From contig JAHBYV010000012.1 of the NCBI GenBank assembly GCA_019635795.1, positions 52,858 through 116,857 on the forward strand: a stretch of DNA of 64,000 nt, given 5' to 3'. How positions within the stretch are numbered: position 1 is the stretch's first letter; every line of letters starts with the position of its first letter. Source of the DNA: Rhizobiaceae bacterium (GTDB lineage: Bacteria > Pseudomonadota > Alphaproteobacteria > Rhizobiales > Rhizobiaceae). The position numbers and the translations under genes are program-made. Below are positions 49,244 through 58,871 of this stretch, piece by piece. The notes beneath the pieces are model-generated. The model searched no databases. It worked only from the letters and a program-made list of their open reading frames with translations, and was not told where the DNA came from.

Positions 49244-50677
49244 ATGCGTTACGTTCGTGACATGCGCGGATATGGCCAGAACACACCCGATCCTCAATGG
49301 CCGGGCGGTGCTTATATAGCCGTGCAGTTCGTGCTGAATTACGAGGAAGGCGGCGAAAACTGCATATTGCACGGAGACGCAGCATCAGAAGCGTTCCTGT
49401 CTGAAATCGTGGGCGCAGCCCCTTGGCAAGGCTTGCGCCACTGGAACATGGAATCAATCTATGAATACGGTGCCCGTGCGGGCTTCTGGCGCTTGCACCG
49501 AATGTTTACCGCAGCTGCCATCCCGGTAACGATTTACGGCGTGGCCACCGCGCTTGCCCGTTCGCCCGATCAGGTGAAAGCCATGCAGGATGCAGGCTGG
49601 GAAATCGCCTCGCATGGCCTCAAATGGATCGACTACCGCGAATACAGCATGGAGGACGAGCGCCGTGATCTTGTCGAAGCGATCCGGCTTCACACCGAGG
49701 TGACGGGCGAGCGCCCGACAGGGTGGTACACGGGGCGAACGTCTGCAAACACCGTGCGTCTTGTCGCTGAGGAAGGCGGATTTGCCTATGTGTCTGACAC
49801 ATATGACGACGATCTGCCCTACTGGCTGGATCGCGATGGACACGGCAACCCGATTTCGCCGCAATTGGTCATACCTTACACGCTGGACGCCAACGACATG
49901 CGCTTTGCAACAGCGCAGGGATTCAACACCGGCGACGATTTCTTTGCCTATCTGAAAGATGCGTTCGACACCTTGTATGCAGAAGGGAAATCGGGCCGTC
50001 CGGCAATGATGAGTATCGGATTGCATTGCCGCCTCATTGGACGGCCGGGGCGTGCCGCAGCGCTCAAGCGCTTCATTGAGTACATGCAGTCCTACGAAAA
50101 AGTCTGGACCCCGCGCCGCATAGACATTGCGCGTCACTGGCACGAACACCACCCCTACACGGCACAGGCGCTGCGTCCCTCGCGCATGTCACGAGACGAA
50201 TTCGTTCAAAGCTTTGGCGGGATTTTCGAGCATTCGCCATGGGTGGCCGATCGCGCTTTCGATCTTGAACTTGGCCCGGCCATGGACAGCGCGGCAGGCG
50301 TTCATAATATTTTGTGCAGAGCATTCCGCTCGGCCTCCGAAGCAGAACGCCTTGCCGTACTGAAAGCCCATCCGGACCTGGCCGGAAAACTGGCGCAGGC
50401 AAAGCGCCTCACAGCCGAATCCACTGCCGAGCAGGCCAGTGCAGGACTGGATGCGCTCACCGATGCAGAACGCGAAACGTTCACCGCGCTGAACGCCGAC
50501 TATGTATCCAGATTCGGATTCCCGTTCATCATTGCTGTGCGTGACAATACCAAGGCCAGCATTCTGGAAGCCTTCCAGAAGCGCATCGCGAACAGCCGCG
50601 ATGAGGAATTCACCACCGCCTGCAAGCAGGTCGAGCGCATTGCCTGGTATAGGCTGAAAGACCTCTTGCCTGCATGA
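49244..50677 (+). CDS. puuE: Allantoinase PuuE fused to OHCU decarboxylase (UraD)
   Basis: N-part: NYEEGGE, ESIYEYG, HGLKW, GWYTGR, GLHCR. C-part: FEHSPWVA, AHPDLAG, EQASAGL, FGFPFIIAVR. Confidence 0.92.
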   Translation: MRYVRDMRGYGQNTPDPQWPGGAYIAVQFVLNYEEGGENCILHGDAASEAFLSEIVGAAPWQGLRHWNMESIYEYGARAGFWRLHRMFTAAAIPVTIYGVATALARSPDQVKAMQDAGWEIASHGLKWIDYREYSMEDERRDLVEAIRLHTEVTGERPTGWYTGRTSANTVRLVAEEGGFAYVSDTYDDDLPYWLDRDGHGNPISPQLVIPYTLDANDMRFATAQGFNTGDDFFAYLKDAFDTLYAEGKSGRPAMMSIGLHCRLIGRPGRAAALKRFIEYMQSYEKVWTPRRIDIARHWHEHHPYTAQALRPSRMSRDEFVQSFGGIFEHSPWVADRAFDLELGPAMDSAAGVHNILCRAFRSASEAERLAVLKAHPDLAGKLAQAKRLTAESTAEQASAGLDALTDAERETFTALNADYVSRFGFPFIIAVRDNTKASILEAFQKRIANSRDEEFTTACKQVERIAWYRLKDLLPA

Positions 50678-51531
50678 CCCAGAAACAGGAACAGCGGATG
50701 AAACTTCGCAACTATTATGCGCCGAAAGGTGGCTTGCCGCCACAGACGGACCTCATCACCGATCGCGCGGTATTCACCGACGCCTACGCCGTGATTCCCC
50801 GGCGGGAATTCTCCGACATTGTCACCAGCTACCTTCCCCATTGGGAAAAGACGCGGCTCTGGATCATCGCCCGCCCGCTTTCCGGCTTTGCAGAAACCTT
50901 CTCGCAATACATCATGGAGGTTCAGCCCGGCGGCGGAAGCGACAGGCCGGAGCCAGACACCAGCGCGGAAGGCGTCCTGTTCGTCGTCGAAGGCGTTGTA
51001 TCGCTTGTGATCGAAGGCGAACAGTATGACCTTGCGCCCGGCGGATATGCCTATCTACCCCCCGGACGCCACTGGACCTTGCGCAATCGCTCAGGCGAGC
51101 CTGCGCGTTTCCATTGGATTCGCAAGGCTTATGAGTATGTCGACGGGCTGGAAGCGCCCGACCCGATAGTGCTCAACGAGCAGGACATCGAACCCTCCCC
51201 CATGCCCGAAACTGACGGGAAGTGGGCGACAACGCGCTTTGTCGATCCTGCCGACCTGCGCCACGATATGCACGTCACCATCGTGACTTTCCAGCCGGGT
51301 GGCATCATTCCCTTCCCCGAGACTCACGTGATGGAACATGGCCTCTATGTGCTTGAGGGCAAGGCGGTCTATCGGCTCAACAATGACTGGGTTGAGGTGG
51401 AGGCGGGTGATTTCATGTGGCTGCGCGCCTTTTGCCCGCAAGCCTGCTATGCCGGCGGCCCTGGTCCCTTCCGCTATCTTCTCTACAAGGATGTTAACCG
51501 GCATCCTCGCTTGGGATATTTCCTGCGATGA
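50674..51531 (+). CDS. Bicupin (S)-ureidoglycine aminohydrolase / allantoicase-like
   Basis: FAETFSQY, ETHVMEHGLYVLEG, AFCPQAC, YLLYKDVNR. Confidence 0.88.
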   Translation: MTQKQEQRMKLRNYYAPKGGLPPQTDLITDRAVFTDAYAVIPRREFSDIVTSYLPHWEKTRLWIIARPLSGFAETFSQYIMEVQPGGGSDRPEPDTSAEGVLFVVEGVVSLVIEGEQYDLAPGGYAYLPPGRHWTLRNRSGEPARFHWIRKAYEYVDGLEAPDPIVLNEQDIEPSPMPETDGKWATTRFVDPADLRHDMHVTIVTFQPGGIIPFPETHVMEHGLYVLEGKAVYRLNNDWVEVEAGDFMWLRAFCPQACYAGGPGPFRYLLYKDVNRHPRLGYFLR

Positions 51532-52022
51532 CCAGAACGATTATCGCTCAACTGCTGACCCGTGAGAGTTTCGCGCCGTTTGGCGACGTGATCGAAACCG
51601 AGGGCGCACATCACTATCCAATCAACGGTGGCAAATGTGAGCGCTATCACGACCTTGCAAAGGTCGAGGCAACCGGCACAAATGCGCGCGTTCTGATTTC
51701 GCTGTTCAAGGGAACACCCTATGAGTTTCCGCTTTCCTTGAAGATGGTCGAACGCCATCCCTTCGGCAGCCAGGCTTTCATCCCGCTTTCGCCCCGCCCC
51801 TTCGTTGTCATCGTGTGCCACGATACGCCGGACGGACCCGGCGAACCTCATGCGTTCATTACGCATCCCGGACAGGGGGTCAATTATCCGCGCAACCTTT
51901 GGCACGGTGTTTTAACTCCGGTTGGCGAACCGCAGGACTTCGTGGTGGTTGACCGCGGCGGCGACGAAATGAACGCCGAGGAATTTTACTTTGCTGAGCC
52001 TTACGAGATTCGATTGTCATGA
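51528..52022 (+). CDS. allA: Ureidoglycolate lyase
   Basis: FAPFGDVI, ERHPFGSQAF, GVNYPRNLWHG. Confidence 0.9.
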   Translation: MTRTIIAQLLTRESFAPFGDVIETEGAHHYPINGGKCERYHDLAKVEATGTNARVLISLFKGTPYEFPLSLKMVERHPFGSQAFIPLSPRPFVVIVCHDTPDGPGEPHAFITHPGQGVNYPRNLWHGVLTPVGEPQDFVVVDRGGDEMNAEEFYFAEPYEIRLS

Positions 52023-52615
52023 CAGATGATGCAAAACTGATCGAGCGCTTGCTGGACGTGATCGAGAACGACATTGTTCCAATGACGACCGAGGGCGTTT
52101 CCCACGGAAACAAGCTGTTTGGCGCGGCGATCCTGTGAAAAGACGACACCTCTCTGGTGCTCGCCGAGACAAACAACGAAATGGAAAATCCGCTTTGGCA
52201 CGGCGAAGTCCATTGTCTCAAACGCTTTTATGAGATGCCGAAAGCAGACCGCCCCGATACGCGCGATTGCATTTTCATTGCAACCCATGAGCCGTGCTCG
52301 CTTTGCCTTTCCGCCATTACATGGACCGGGTTCGACAATTTCTATTACCTGTTCAGCCACGAGGATTCGCGCGACTCTTTCGCGATTCCGCACGATCTGC
52401 GCATCCTGAAGGAAGTTTTCACGCTCGATCCCGGCGGCTACAACGCGGAAAACGCTTATTGGAAAAGCCGTTCCATTCGCAAGCTGGTACGCAGCTTGCC
52501 GGAAGCCGACCGTCAGCGCCTTGAAGCGCGCATCGGAAAGATTTCCGACGATTACGATCGGCTTTCGCAAGTCTACCAGACAAGCAAGGATGAAAACGAA
52601 ATTCCGCTAAATTAG
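52019..52615 (+). pseudogene. Zn-dependent nucleobase/nucleoside deaminase (CDA superfamily) interrupted by an in-frame TGA at 52136-52138
   Basis: ATGA-coupled start; 39 codons (..GNKLFGAAIL), then TGA, then the same frame continues KDDTSLVLAETN...WHGE...EPCSLC to 52615. Confidence 0.8.
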
Positions 52616-52845
52616 GCGGCTTTACAGTCTTTGCCTTCCAACCGTTCGCGCATCATGTTCGAAATACGCGTTTGCAGGCGAGAGGTTACGGCGCGCTCCC
52701 ACTCATTGGGGGCGTCATGATCGTGTGGCCGTGGAATGGCCAACAGGCGGTCAACGATTGAACCGGAGCCGCACATGGATAGCAGCGCCTCGATTTCGGG
52801 AACCGGGACTGCATCGATGAATTGATCTGCGCGTTCTTGTACCAT
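52612..52845 (-). CDS. Small hypothetical protein (77 aa)
   Basis: Fills the gap between convergent genes with plausible composition; no clear RBS or motif. Confidence 0.35.
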   Translation of the reverse strand: MVQERADQFIDAVPVPEIEALLSMCGSGSIVDRLLAIPRPHDHDAPNEWERAVTSRLQTRISNMMRERLEGKDCKAA

Positions 52846-52962
52846 GCGCGCAATCTACAATGCCCACCATGACAGCTTGAAGGCAGCACATTGGCAATTG
52901 CGCGACAAAGCGTGACAAAATTTTGCACGCTTTGCCCTTGCCGTAAAAACCAGATTTCAGAG

Positions 52963-54273
52963 CTAGACGTAGCGATTAACGACGTTTTCCAGATATTCCT
53001 GACGGCCGGAGCGGGGTTCGGGCTCGATTCCCTCTTTAAAGACCCGTTCGGCAACCTCCTCAAGCGTGCGCTTGCCTGAAAGCATCGCCTTACCCTCAGC
53101 GCTGTTCCACCCCGCATAACGCTCCGCCAGCGGGCCGGACAAGGCATTGTCCTCAATCATCCTTGCCGCAGCTTTCAATCCGCGCGCGCAACAATCCATC
53201 CCGCCTATATGAGCAATCAGCAGGTCCTGTGGATCAATCGATTGCCGTCGCAGCTTGGCGTCGAAATTGGTTCCCCCGGTTGTAAAGCCGCCATTTTGCA
53301 GCACGTGGTAATAAGCCAGCGCCATCTCGGGAACATTGTTGGGAAACTGGTCGGTATCCCAGCCGGATTGATAGTCGTTCCGGTTCATATCGATGGAACC
53401 GAAAATGCCAAGCGCGCCTGCCAGCGCCAGCTCATGCTCGAAGGAGTGACCGGCGAGAATGGCGTGGCCCTGCTCTATATTTACCTTCACTTCCTTCTCA
53501 AGGCCGAAATCCTTCAGAAACCCGTAAACCGTCGCGACATCATAGTCATACTGATGCTTTGTCGGCTCTTGTGGTTTCGGCTCTATCAATATGGTCCCTT
53601 TGAAGCCGATCTTCTTCGCATAATCCACCACCATGCACAGGAACCGGCCGGCCTGCTGGCGCTCGCGCTTGAGGTCCGTATTCAGAAGCGTTTCATAGCC
53701 TTCCCGGCCACCCCACAGCACATAGTTCTGTCCGCCCAGTTTCCGGGTCACGTCGATGCACTTCTTCACCGTCGCCGCCGCGTAGGCGAACACGTCAGGG
53801 TCCGGGTTTGTTGCCGCACCGCCCATGAAACGTCGGTGGGAAAACAGGTTGGCCGTTCCCCAGAGAAGCTGCACGCCGGTCTGCTTCTGCTTGTCAGCAA
53901 AATAGTCGGTGATTTCGTCGAGCCGCTCAGCGCTTTCCATGAAGGTCTTGCCCTCAGGGCGCACATCGGCATCGTGAAAGCAGTAGAAGGGAATGCCAAG
54001 CAGCGAGAACAGTTCAAACGCTACATCTGCCTTGTATCTGGCGTGCTTCATGGTGTCGCCAAACCACGGCCGCTCAAACGTCTGGCCACCAAACGGATCG
54101 CCACCCGGCCATGCGAAACTGTGCCAGTAAGCGACTGAAAACCGCAAATGGTCTTCCAGCCTTTTGCCCAAAATCACCTCGTCCGGGTTGTAGAAGCGAT
54201 ATGCCAGAGGGTTGGTGCTTTCCGGCCCTTCATACTTCACCGGCTTGATGTCGCCGAAGAAATGCGTAGTCAT
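52963..54273 (-). CDS. xylA: Xylose isomerase
   Basis: [34 protein letters not shown]; TGATG overlap with xylB. Confidence 0.97.
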   Translation of the reverse strand: MTTHFFGDIKPVKYEGPESTNPLAYRFYNPDEVILGKRLEDHLRFSVAYWHSFAWPGGDPFGGQTFERPWFGDTMKHARYKADVAFELFSLLGIPFYCFHDADVRPEGKTFMESAERLDEITDYFADKQKQTGVQLLWGTANLFSHRRFMGGAATNPDPDVFAYAAATVKKCIDVTRKLGGQNYVLWGGREGYETLLNTDLKRERQQAGRFLCMVVDYAKKIGFKGTILIEPKPQEPTKHQYDYDVATVYGFLKDFGLEKEVKVNIEQGHAILAGHSFEHELALAGALGIFGSIDMNRNDYQSGWDTDQFPNNVPEMALAYYHVLQNGGFTTGGTNFDAKLRRQSIDPQDLLIAHIGGMDCCARGLKAAARMIEDNALSGPLAERYAGWNSAEGKAMLSGKRTLEEVAERVFKEGIEPEPRSGRQEYLENVVNRYV

Positions 54274-55724
54274 CAAGTTCCTCCCTTGATAGCTGGATAA
54301 AGCGCCGAATAGCGCCGATATGCATCTCCGTAAGCTTCAGTCAGACCGGCATCCGGCTCGATTGTCTCAGCCGTCTTCGGCGGTGTCAGAACAGTTGCCG
54401 GGTCAGCCTTCTGTGCCGAAATAAGCCCCAGACGCGCAGCGCCGAATGCCGCGCCGAAATCGCCATCGGCAGGCACATCCACAGGCAGGTTCAGCGCCGT
54501 CGCTATAGACTTCAGCCAATAGCGCGAACGCGAACCGCCTCCGATAGCCGTTACCCGATGAAGTTCGGTTCCTGCTGTGCGCAATGCTTCCAGACTGTCG
54601 CGGAATGCGAACGCAACACCTTCCAGCACTGCCTGAGTTAGCGCGGTTCGCCCGGATTGATGCGCCAGTCCGGTGAAGACCCCGCGGATCGCCGCATCAT
54701 TGTGCGGCGTGCGCTCGCCCGAAAGATACGGCAGGAAAGTAACCCTGCCGGGTGCCTTGAGCTTATCGCCCAGTTCAGCGGTCAGTTCTTCCGGCTTCTT
54801 ACCGGTAATGCCACCCAACCATGTCAACGAATCTGAAGCTGAAAGTATGACGCCCATCTGATGCCAGACATCCGGCAGCGCGTGGCAGAATGTATGCACC
54901 GCGCTTTCGGCATTCGGCAGATAGGACCCGTTTGCAGCGAACAGAACGCCAGACGTTCCGATGGATACGAATGCCTGGCCGGGCTTTACTGTTCCCATGC
55001 CCACCGCCGAAGCAGCGTTGTCACCCGCCCCGCCTGCCACCACAACATTTGGGCCCATGCCCCAGCCCGCGGCAAGCTCTTTGCGCAGCGTGCCGCCTTG
55101 CTGCGTACCCTCCACCAGCGCCGGCATCTGTGATTCTTCGAGCCCGGTTGCTTCAAGCAGTTCCTGTGACCAGCGCCGCTCAGCCACGTTGAGCCACGAA
55201 GTTCCGGCGGAATCGGACATTTCCGATATATGCTCACCCGTCAGCCAAAGCCTGAGATAATCCTTCGGCAGCAGCACCTTGGCCACGCGCTTGAATATAT
55301 CCGCTTCATGCCTTGCGACCCAAACCAGCTTTGGCGCGGTGAAGCCCGGAAATACGATATTGCCCGTAATCTTTCGGAAACGCGGATCGGAATCGAGCTC
55401 AGCCGCCTCTGCATGACTGCGCGTGTCGTTCCACAGTATGCAAGGCCGCAAAACATTGTCTTCACTGTCCACCAGTGTCGCGCCGTGCATGTGCCCCGAA
55501 AGGCCAATGCCTTTGACCGCAGCAAGTTGCACAGGGTTGGAGCGTTTCAGCGCGCCAATGGCTTCGTTAATCGCTGCAATCCACTGCGCGGGGTCTTGTT
55601 CCGACCAACCTGCATGAGGTCGCGACACGTCCAGCGCCGCGTGTCCGGAAGCCAGAGCCTTCTGGCTGCCGTCTATCAGCAGCGCCTTAACGCCAGACGT
55701 GCCAAGGTCAATGCCGAGATACAT
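54273..55724 (-). CDS. xylB: Xylulokinase
   Basis: [37 protein letters not shown]. Confidence 0.95.
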   Translation of the reverse strand: MYLGIDLGTSGVKALLIDGSQKALASGHAALDVSRPHAGWSEQDPAQWIAAINEAIGALKRSNPVQLAAVKGIGLSGHMHGATLVDSEDNVLRPCILWNDTRSHAEAAELDSDPRFRKITGNIVFPGFTAPKLVWVARHEADIFKRVAKVLLPKDYLRLWLTGEHISEMSDSAGTSWLNVAERRWSQELLEATGLEESQMPALVEGTQQGGTLRKELAAGWGMGPNVVVAGGAGDNAASAVGMGTVKPGQAFVSIGTSGVLFAANGSYLPNAESAVHTFCHALPDVWHQMGVILSASDSLTWLGGITGKKPEELTAELGDKLKAPGRVTFLPYLSGERTPHNDAAIRGVFTGLAHQSGRTALTQAVLEGVAFAFRDSLEALRTAGTELHRVTAIGGGSRSRYWLKSIATALNLPVDVPADGDFGAAFGAARLGLISAQKADPATVLTPPKTAETIEPDAGLTEAYGDAYRRYSALYPAIKGGT

Positions 55725-55801
55725 GCTTGCTCCTCCCCGCAGGCAATGCCTCCCAGCAAGGCCCGCACAGCCTTCATATCAAACAAACTTCCTTCTCGAA
55801 A

Positions 55802-55814
55802 CTGGTCCTACCAG
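55802..55814. promoter_or_regulatory. GntR/FadR-type operator-like palindrome upstream of xylBA
   Basis: CTGGT-CCT-ACCAG, matching the TGGT-N3-ACCA pattern. Confidence 0.45.
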
Positions 55815-55829
55815 ATTCTTTTCAGAGTC

Positions 55830-56450
55830 TCAGGCACTGCGCGTTGCGGCAGTTGCAATGCCTGCGCCGATGAGCATCGTGCCACCTGTCCGGTTGAATA
55901 TTTTCAACGCGCGCGGGCTGGCGAACAGCTTGCGTGCCCTTGCGGCGGCAAGCGCATAGCCAAGCGCGTTGAGAAAGGCGAGGACAAGAAATGTCGACTC
56001 GAAGATTAGCATTTGTGTCCAGAAATCCGCGTGGCGGTCGATGAATTGCGGAAGGAACGCAACAAAGAAAGTGATGCTCTTCGGGTTCAGCGCCGTCACG
56101 ATCCACGCATGGCCTATCATTTTCAGCGAGGTCGCCGCGTCCCTGCGCGGCTCGGCGTGCAAGGTGCCGCCCGAACGGAAGAGCTTGACCCCGAGGTAAA
56201 CGAGATAGGCCGCACCTATCAGTTTCAGCGCGGTGAATATCGAAGCTGATGCGGCCAGCAACGCGCCGACGCCAAGCATTGAAAGAGTCATCGCGGTAAA
56301 GTCGCCAATCGCGACACCGATTGCCGTAGGCACTGCCGTTCGCAAGCCCTGCCCCAGCCCATACGACACTACCAGAAGGATGGTCGGACCGGGTATTATC
56401 AGAAGTACAGCACTCGCCGCGCAGAATGCGAGCCAGGTCTCGAACGTCAT
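55830..56450 (-). CDS. LysE/RhtB family translocator
   Basis: PGPTILL, LIGAAYLVYLG, ALNPKSITFF..FLPQF. Confidence 0.92.
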   Translation of the reverse strand: MTFETWLAFCAASAVLLIIPGPTILLVVSYGLGQGLRTAVPTAIGVAIGDFTAMTLSMLGVGALLAASASIFTALKLIGAAYLVYLGVKLFRSGGTLHAEPRRDAATSLKMIGHAWIVTALNPKSITFFVAFLPQFIDRHADFWTQMLIFESTFLVLAFLNALGYALAAARARKLFASPRALKIFNRTGGTMLIGAGIATAATRSA

Positions 56451-56809
56451 TTGTGCCTCCGGGCGAGGCTCCGCTAAAACTGGCGTCGAGCCTCACTGCG
56501 AGGCATAGCACTTCGCTCACGCGGTGCAAGCGATTCAACAAATTGACACGTGGCTTCCCCCACCATGACGCCCGGTAGAGAACAACGCTTCAGCGTTGCA
56601 GCAAGTGCTGGTGACATAATGCGCATCCCCTTCTTTCCGTTGATTGTGCAATGCAGCATCACAGTAGCGCGGCCCAAGGGACAACTTTGTGACAAAAGGC
56701 GGGAAATTTGGCGGCGGAGCATCAAGCAACATCGGCAAGGGCTTTGGAAAGACAAGCAAGTGATTGAAACTACTAGGTTCTTGCCTTTTACACTTAATCA
56801 ACCATAAGC

Positions 56810-57634
56810 GTGGAAAATGCGCTGCAATGGCATTTCAACGCCTGTGTTTATTTTGTTGCGTGGGTGAGTAGCTTGTCCGAAAAATTCTCCAGTATATCCG
56901 CTAACCTTGAAAGCGGCAGTTCCGTTTCGCGGCGCACAGCCCTGCTGGGAATCGCGTCGTCACTAGCTGCCGTTTCCGGTTGTTCGACGGTTGGCTTTGA
57001 CACCGCAGCGCCTGCAATGGGGCTGGATCTTGCTCCAACGGGAGCTATTCGCCCTCAGATCAGCATTGATCCGAACGTGACAAACCCGGAGGTCATGTAC
57101 GCCTCAATTGAGGATTCGGGATTCGTGCTTCCCCAAATTCCATACCAGAAGGTGAAACCTGAGTTTCGCCGTCAGATTGTCGTTGACCCAACAGGCGAAG
57201 TGCCCGGCACGCTGGTCGTCGATACAACAAACCGCTTTCTCTACCTTGTCCAGACGGGCGGGGAAGCGCTGCGCTATGGCGTAGGCATTGGCAAGGCAGG
57301 GTTTGAATGGTCGGGCCGCGGCGTCATTCAATATGGACGCAAATGGCCGACATGGACTCCTCCAAGGGAAATGATTGGCCGCAAGCCCGAACTGGTTAAA
57401 TGGGCGGGTGGCCAACCCGGCGGTCTCGATAATCCGCTTGGCGCGCGCGCGCTTTATATCTTCCGCGACGGTCAGGATACCGGCTATCGTGTTCACGGCT
57501 CGCCGGAGTGGTGGACTATCGGTCAGGCCATGTCATCGGGCTGTGTTCGCATGATGAATCAGGACGTCATAGACCTGTTCAATCGCGTCAACACAAACAC
57601 CGTTGTGAACAAGACGCAGATTGTCGTGATGTAG
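56810..57634 (+). CDS. L,D-transpeptidase (YkuD/ErfK family), Tat-like lipoprotein; alternative start TTG 56873
   Basis: SRRTALLG...SGC signal, YGVGIG, NPLGARALY, catalytic HGS...SSGCVRM. Confidence 0.9.
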   Translation: MENALQWHFNACVYFVAWVSSLSEKFSSISANLESGSSVSRRTALLGIASSLAAVSGCSTVGFDTAAPAMGLDLAPTGAIRPQISIDPNVTNPEVMYASIEDSGFVLPQIPYQKVKPEFRRQIVVDPTGEVPGTLVVDTTNRFLYLVQTGGEALRYGVGIGKAGFEWSGRGVIQYGRKWPTWTPPREMIGRKPELVKWAGGQPGGLDNPLGARALYIFRDGQDTGYRVHGSPEWWTIGQAMSSGCVRMMNQDVIDLFNRVNTNTVVNKTQIVVM

Positions 57635-57704
57635 CGAAATTTTGCTGCTTCCCCTCGACCGCAGTTGCGCCTAAACGGATGCCAGTTTCGTCCGGGAGTC
57701 AGCC

Positions 57705-58871
57705 ATGCCCAAGACATTTGTAATCGCGCAGGGCGGCGGGCCAACCGCCGTGATCAATCAGACACTGGCAGGCGCTGTCGCCGAAATTGAGCGCCGCTAT
57801 CCTGATGCGCGCATTCTTGGAGCGCGCCACGGCGTGCGCGGAGTGCGTGACGGCGACTACGTTGATTTTTCAGATGTATCGCCAGAGCGGATGCGCCTGA
57901 TCGGCAACACACCGGGCGCGGCACTCGGCTCTACTCGCGACAAGCCTGACGCCGCTTATTGCGAACTGGTGCTGAAGGGTCTGCAAAAGATTGACGCAAA
58001 CGCGTTCATCTACATTGGCGGCAATGACACTTCCGGAACACAGCAAATCTTGACTGATGCTGCTGGCGACTCGATGGCGTTCATTCACGCGCCAAAGACA
58101 ATCGATAATGATCTGATGGAGAACGACCACACGCCGGGTTTCATATCGGCCGGTGAGTTTGTGGCTGGCGCCTTCCAGAGCATTGATCTGGATTTCCGCG
58201 CGCTGCCGGGAATCTATGTCGGAATTGTCATGGGTCGTCATGCAGGATTTTTGACCGCAGCCGCAGCCGCATGGCGCGACGATGAGGATGACGGTCCGCA
58301 CCTGATTTACGTGCCCGAACGCCCTTTCTCCACCGAGCGCTTTATTGATGATGTGAAGCGCACACTGGATAGGCACAAGCGCTGTGTCGTTGCCGTGTCA
58401 GAAGGTGTCTCGACTGCTGACGGCAAGTCTCTTGTTGAAAGCCTTGTCGGACCAGACAAGGTGGAGCGCGATGCGCACGGCAATGTGAAGCTTTCCGGCA
58501 GCGATTTGAATCGGGCGTTTGAAGCCGCTCTTGCGGAAGGACTTCCAGGGCGGCGCGCCCGGGTTGATGCACTCGGTTATGTGCCGCGCGGTTATATCGG
58601 CGCAATCAACCCGGTGGACGCCAGCGAAGCCTATGAGGCTGGGCAATATGCTGTTCAGGTTGCTGACGAAGGCGGCGGATCTGTTGCTCTCAAATATGAA
58701 GGCGGAAAGACCGTCATGCGCAAGGTTCCGCTGTCCGCAGTGGCTGGGAAGACGCGGCACATGCCGGATGAATTCCTGACAGAGGATGGCATCCGGCTAG
58801 CGCAGCCCGGAATTGATTATCTCAACCGGCTCATTCCGCGCCGGTTCGCGGTGGGAAAGCCGTTTGTTTAG
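57705..58871 (+). CDS. pfp: Phosphofructokinase, PPi-dependent type
   Basis: QGGGPT, GGND (Asp at the position-104 equivalent), PKTIDND (Lys124 equivalent), MGR. Confidence 0.8.
   Translation: MPKTFVIAQGGGPTAVINQTLAGAVAEIERRYPDARILGARHGVRGVRDGDYVDFSDVSPERMRLIGNTPGAALGSTRDKPDAAYCELVLKGLQKIDANAFIYIGGNDTSGTQQILTDAAGDSMAFIHAPKTIDNDLMENDHTPGFISAGEFVAGAFQSIDLDFRALPGIYVGIVMGRHAGFLTAAAAAWRDDEDDGPHLIYVPERPFSTERFIDDVKRTLDRHKRCVVAVSEGVSTADGKSLVESLVGPDKVERDAHGNVKLSGSDLNRAFEAALAEGLPGRRARVDALGYVPRGYIGAINPVDASEAYEAGQYAVQVADEGGGSVALKYEGGKTVMRKVPLSAVAGKTRHMPDEFLTEDGIRLAQPGIDYLNRLIPRRFAVGKPFV

Noticed and set aside
52136-52138. Selenocysteine recoding of the in-frame TGA
   Set aside because: The position is non-catalytic (the Zn ligands are downstream), probably Arg/Lys in homologues, and I see no convincing SECIS hairpin right after it.
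56474-56755. 93-aa ORF (and neighbouring 85-88 aa ORFs) between lysE and the L,D-transpeptidase
   Set aside because: No motif, and overlapping alternatives on both strands; only its last 10 codons are noted as a possible uORF.
56794-56808. CtrA-like box before the L,D-transpeptidase
   Set aside because: TTAA-N7-TAAG has two mismatches in one half; too weak.
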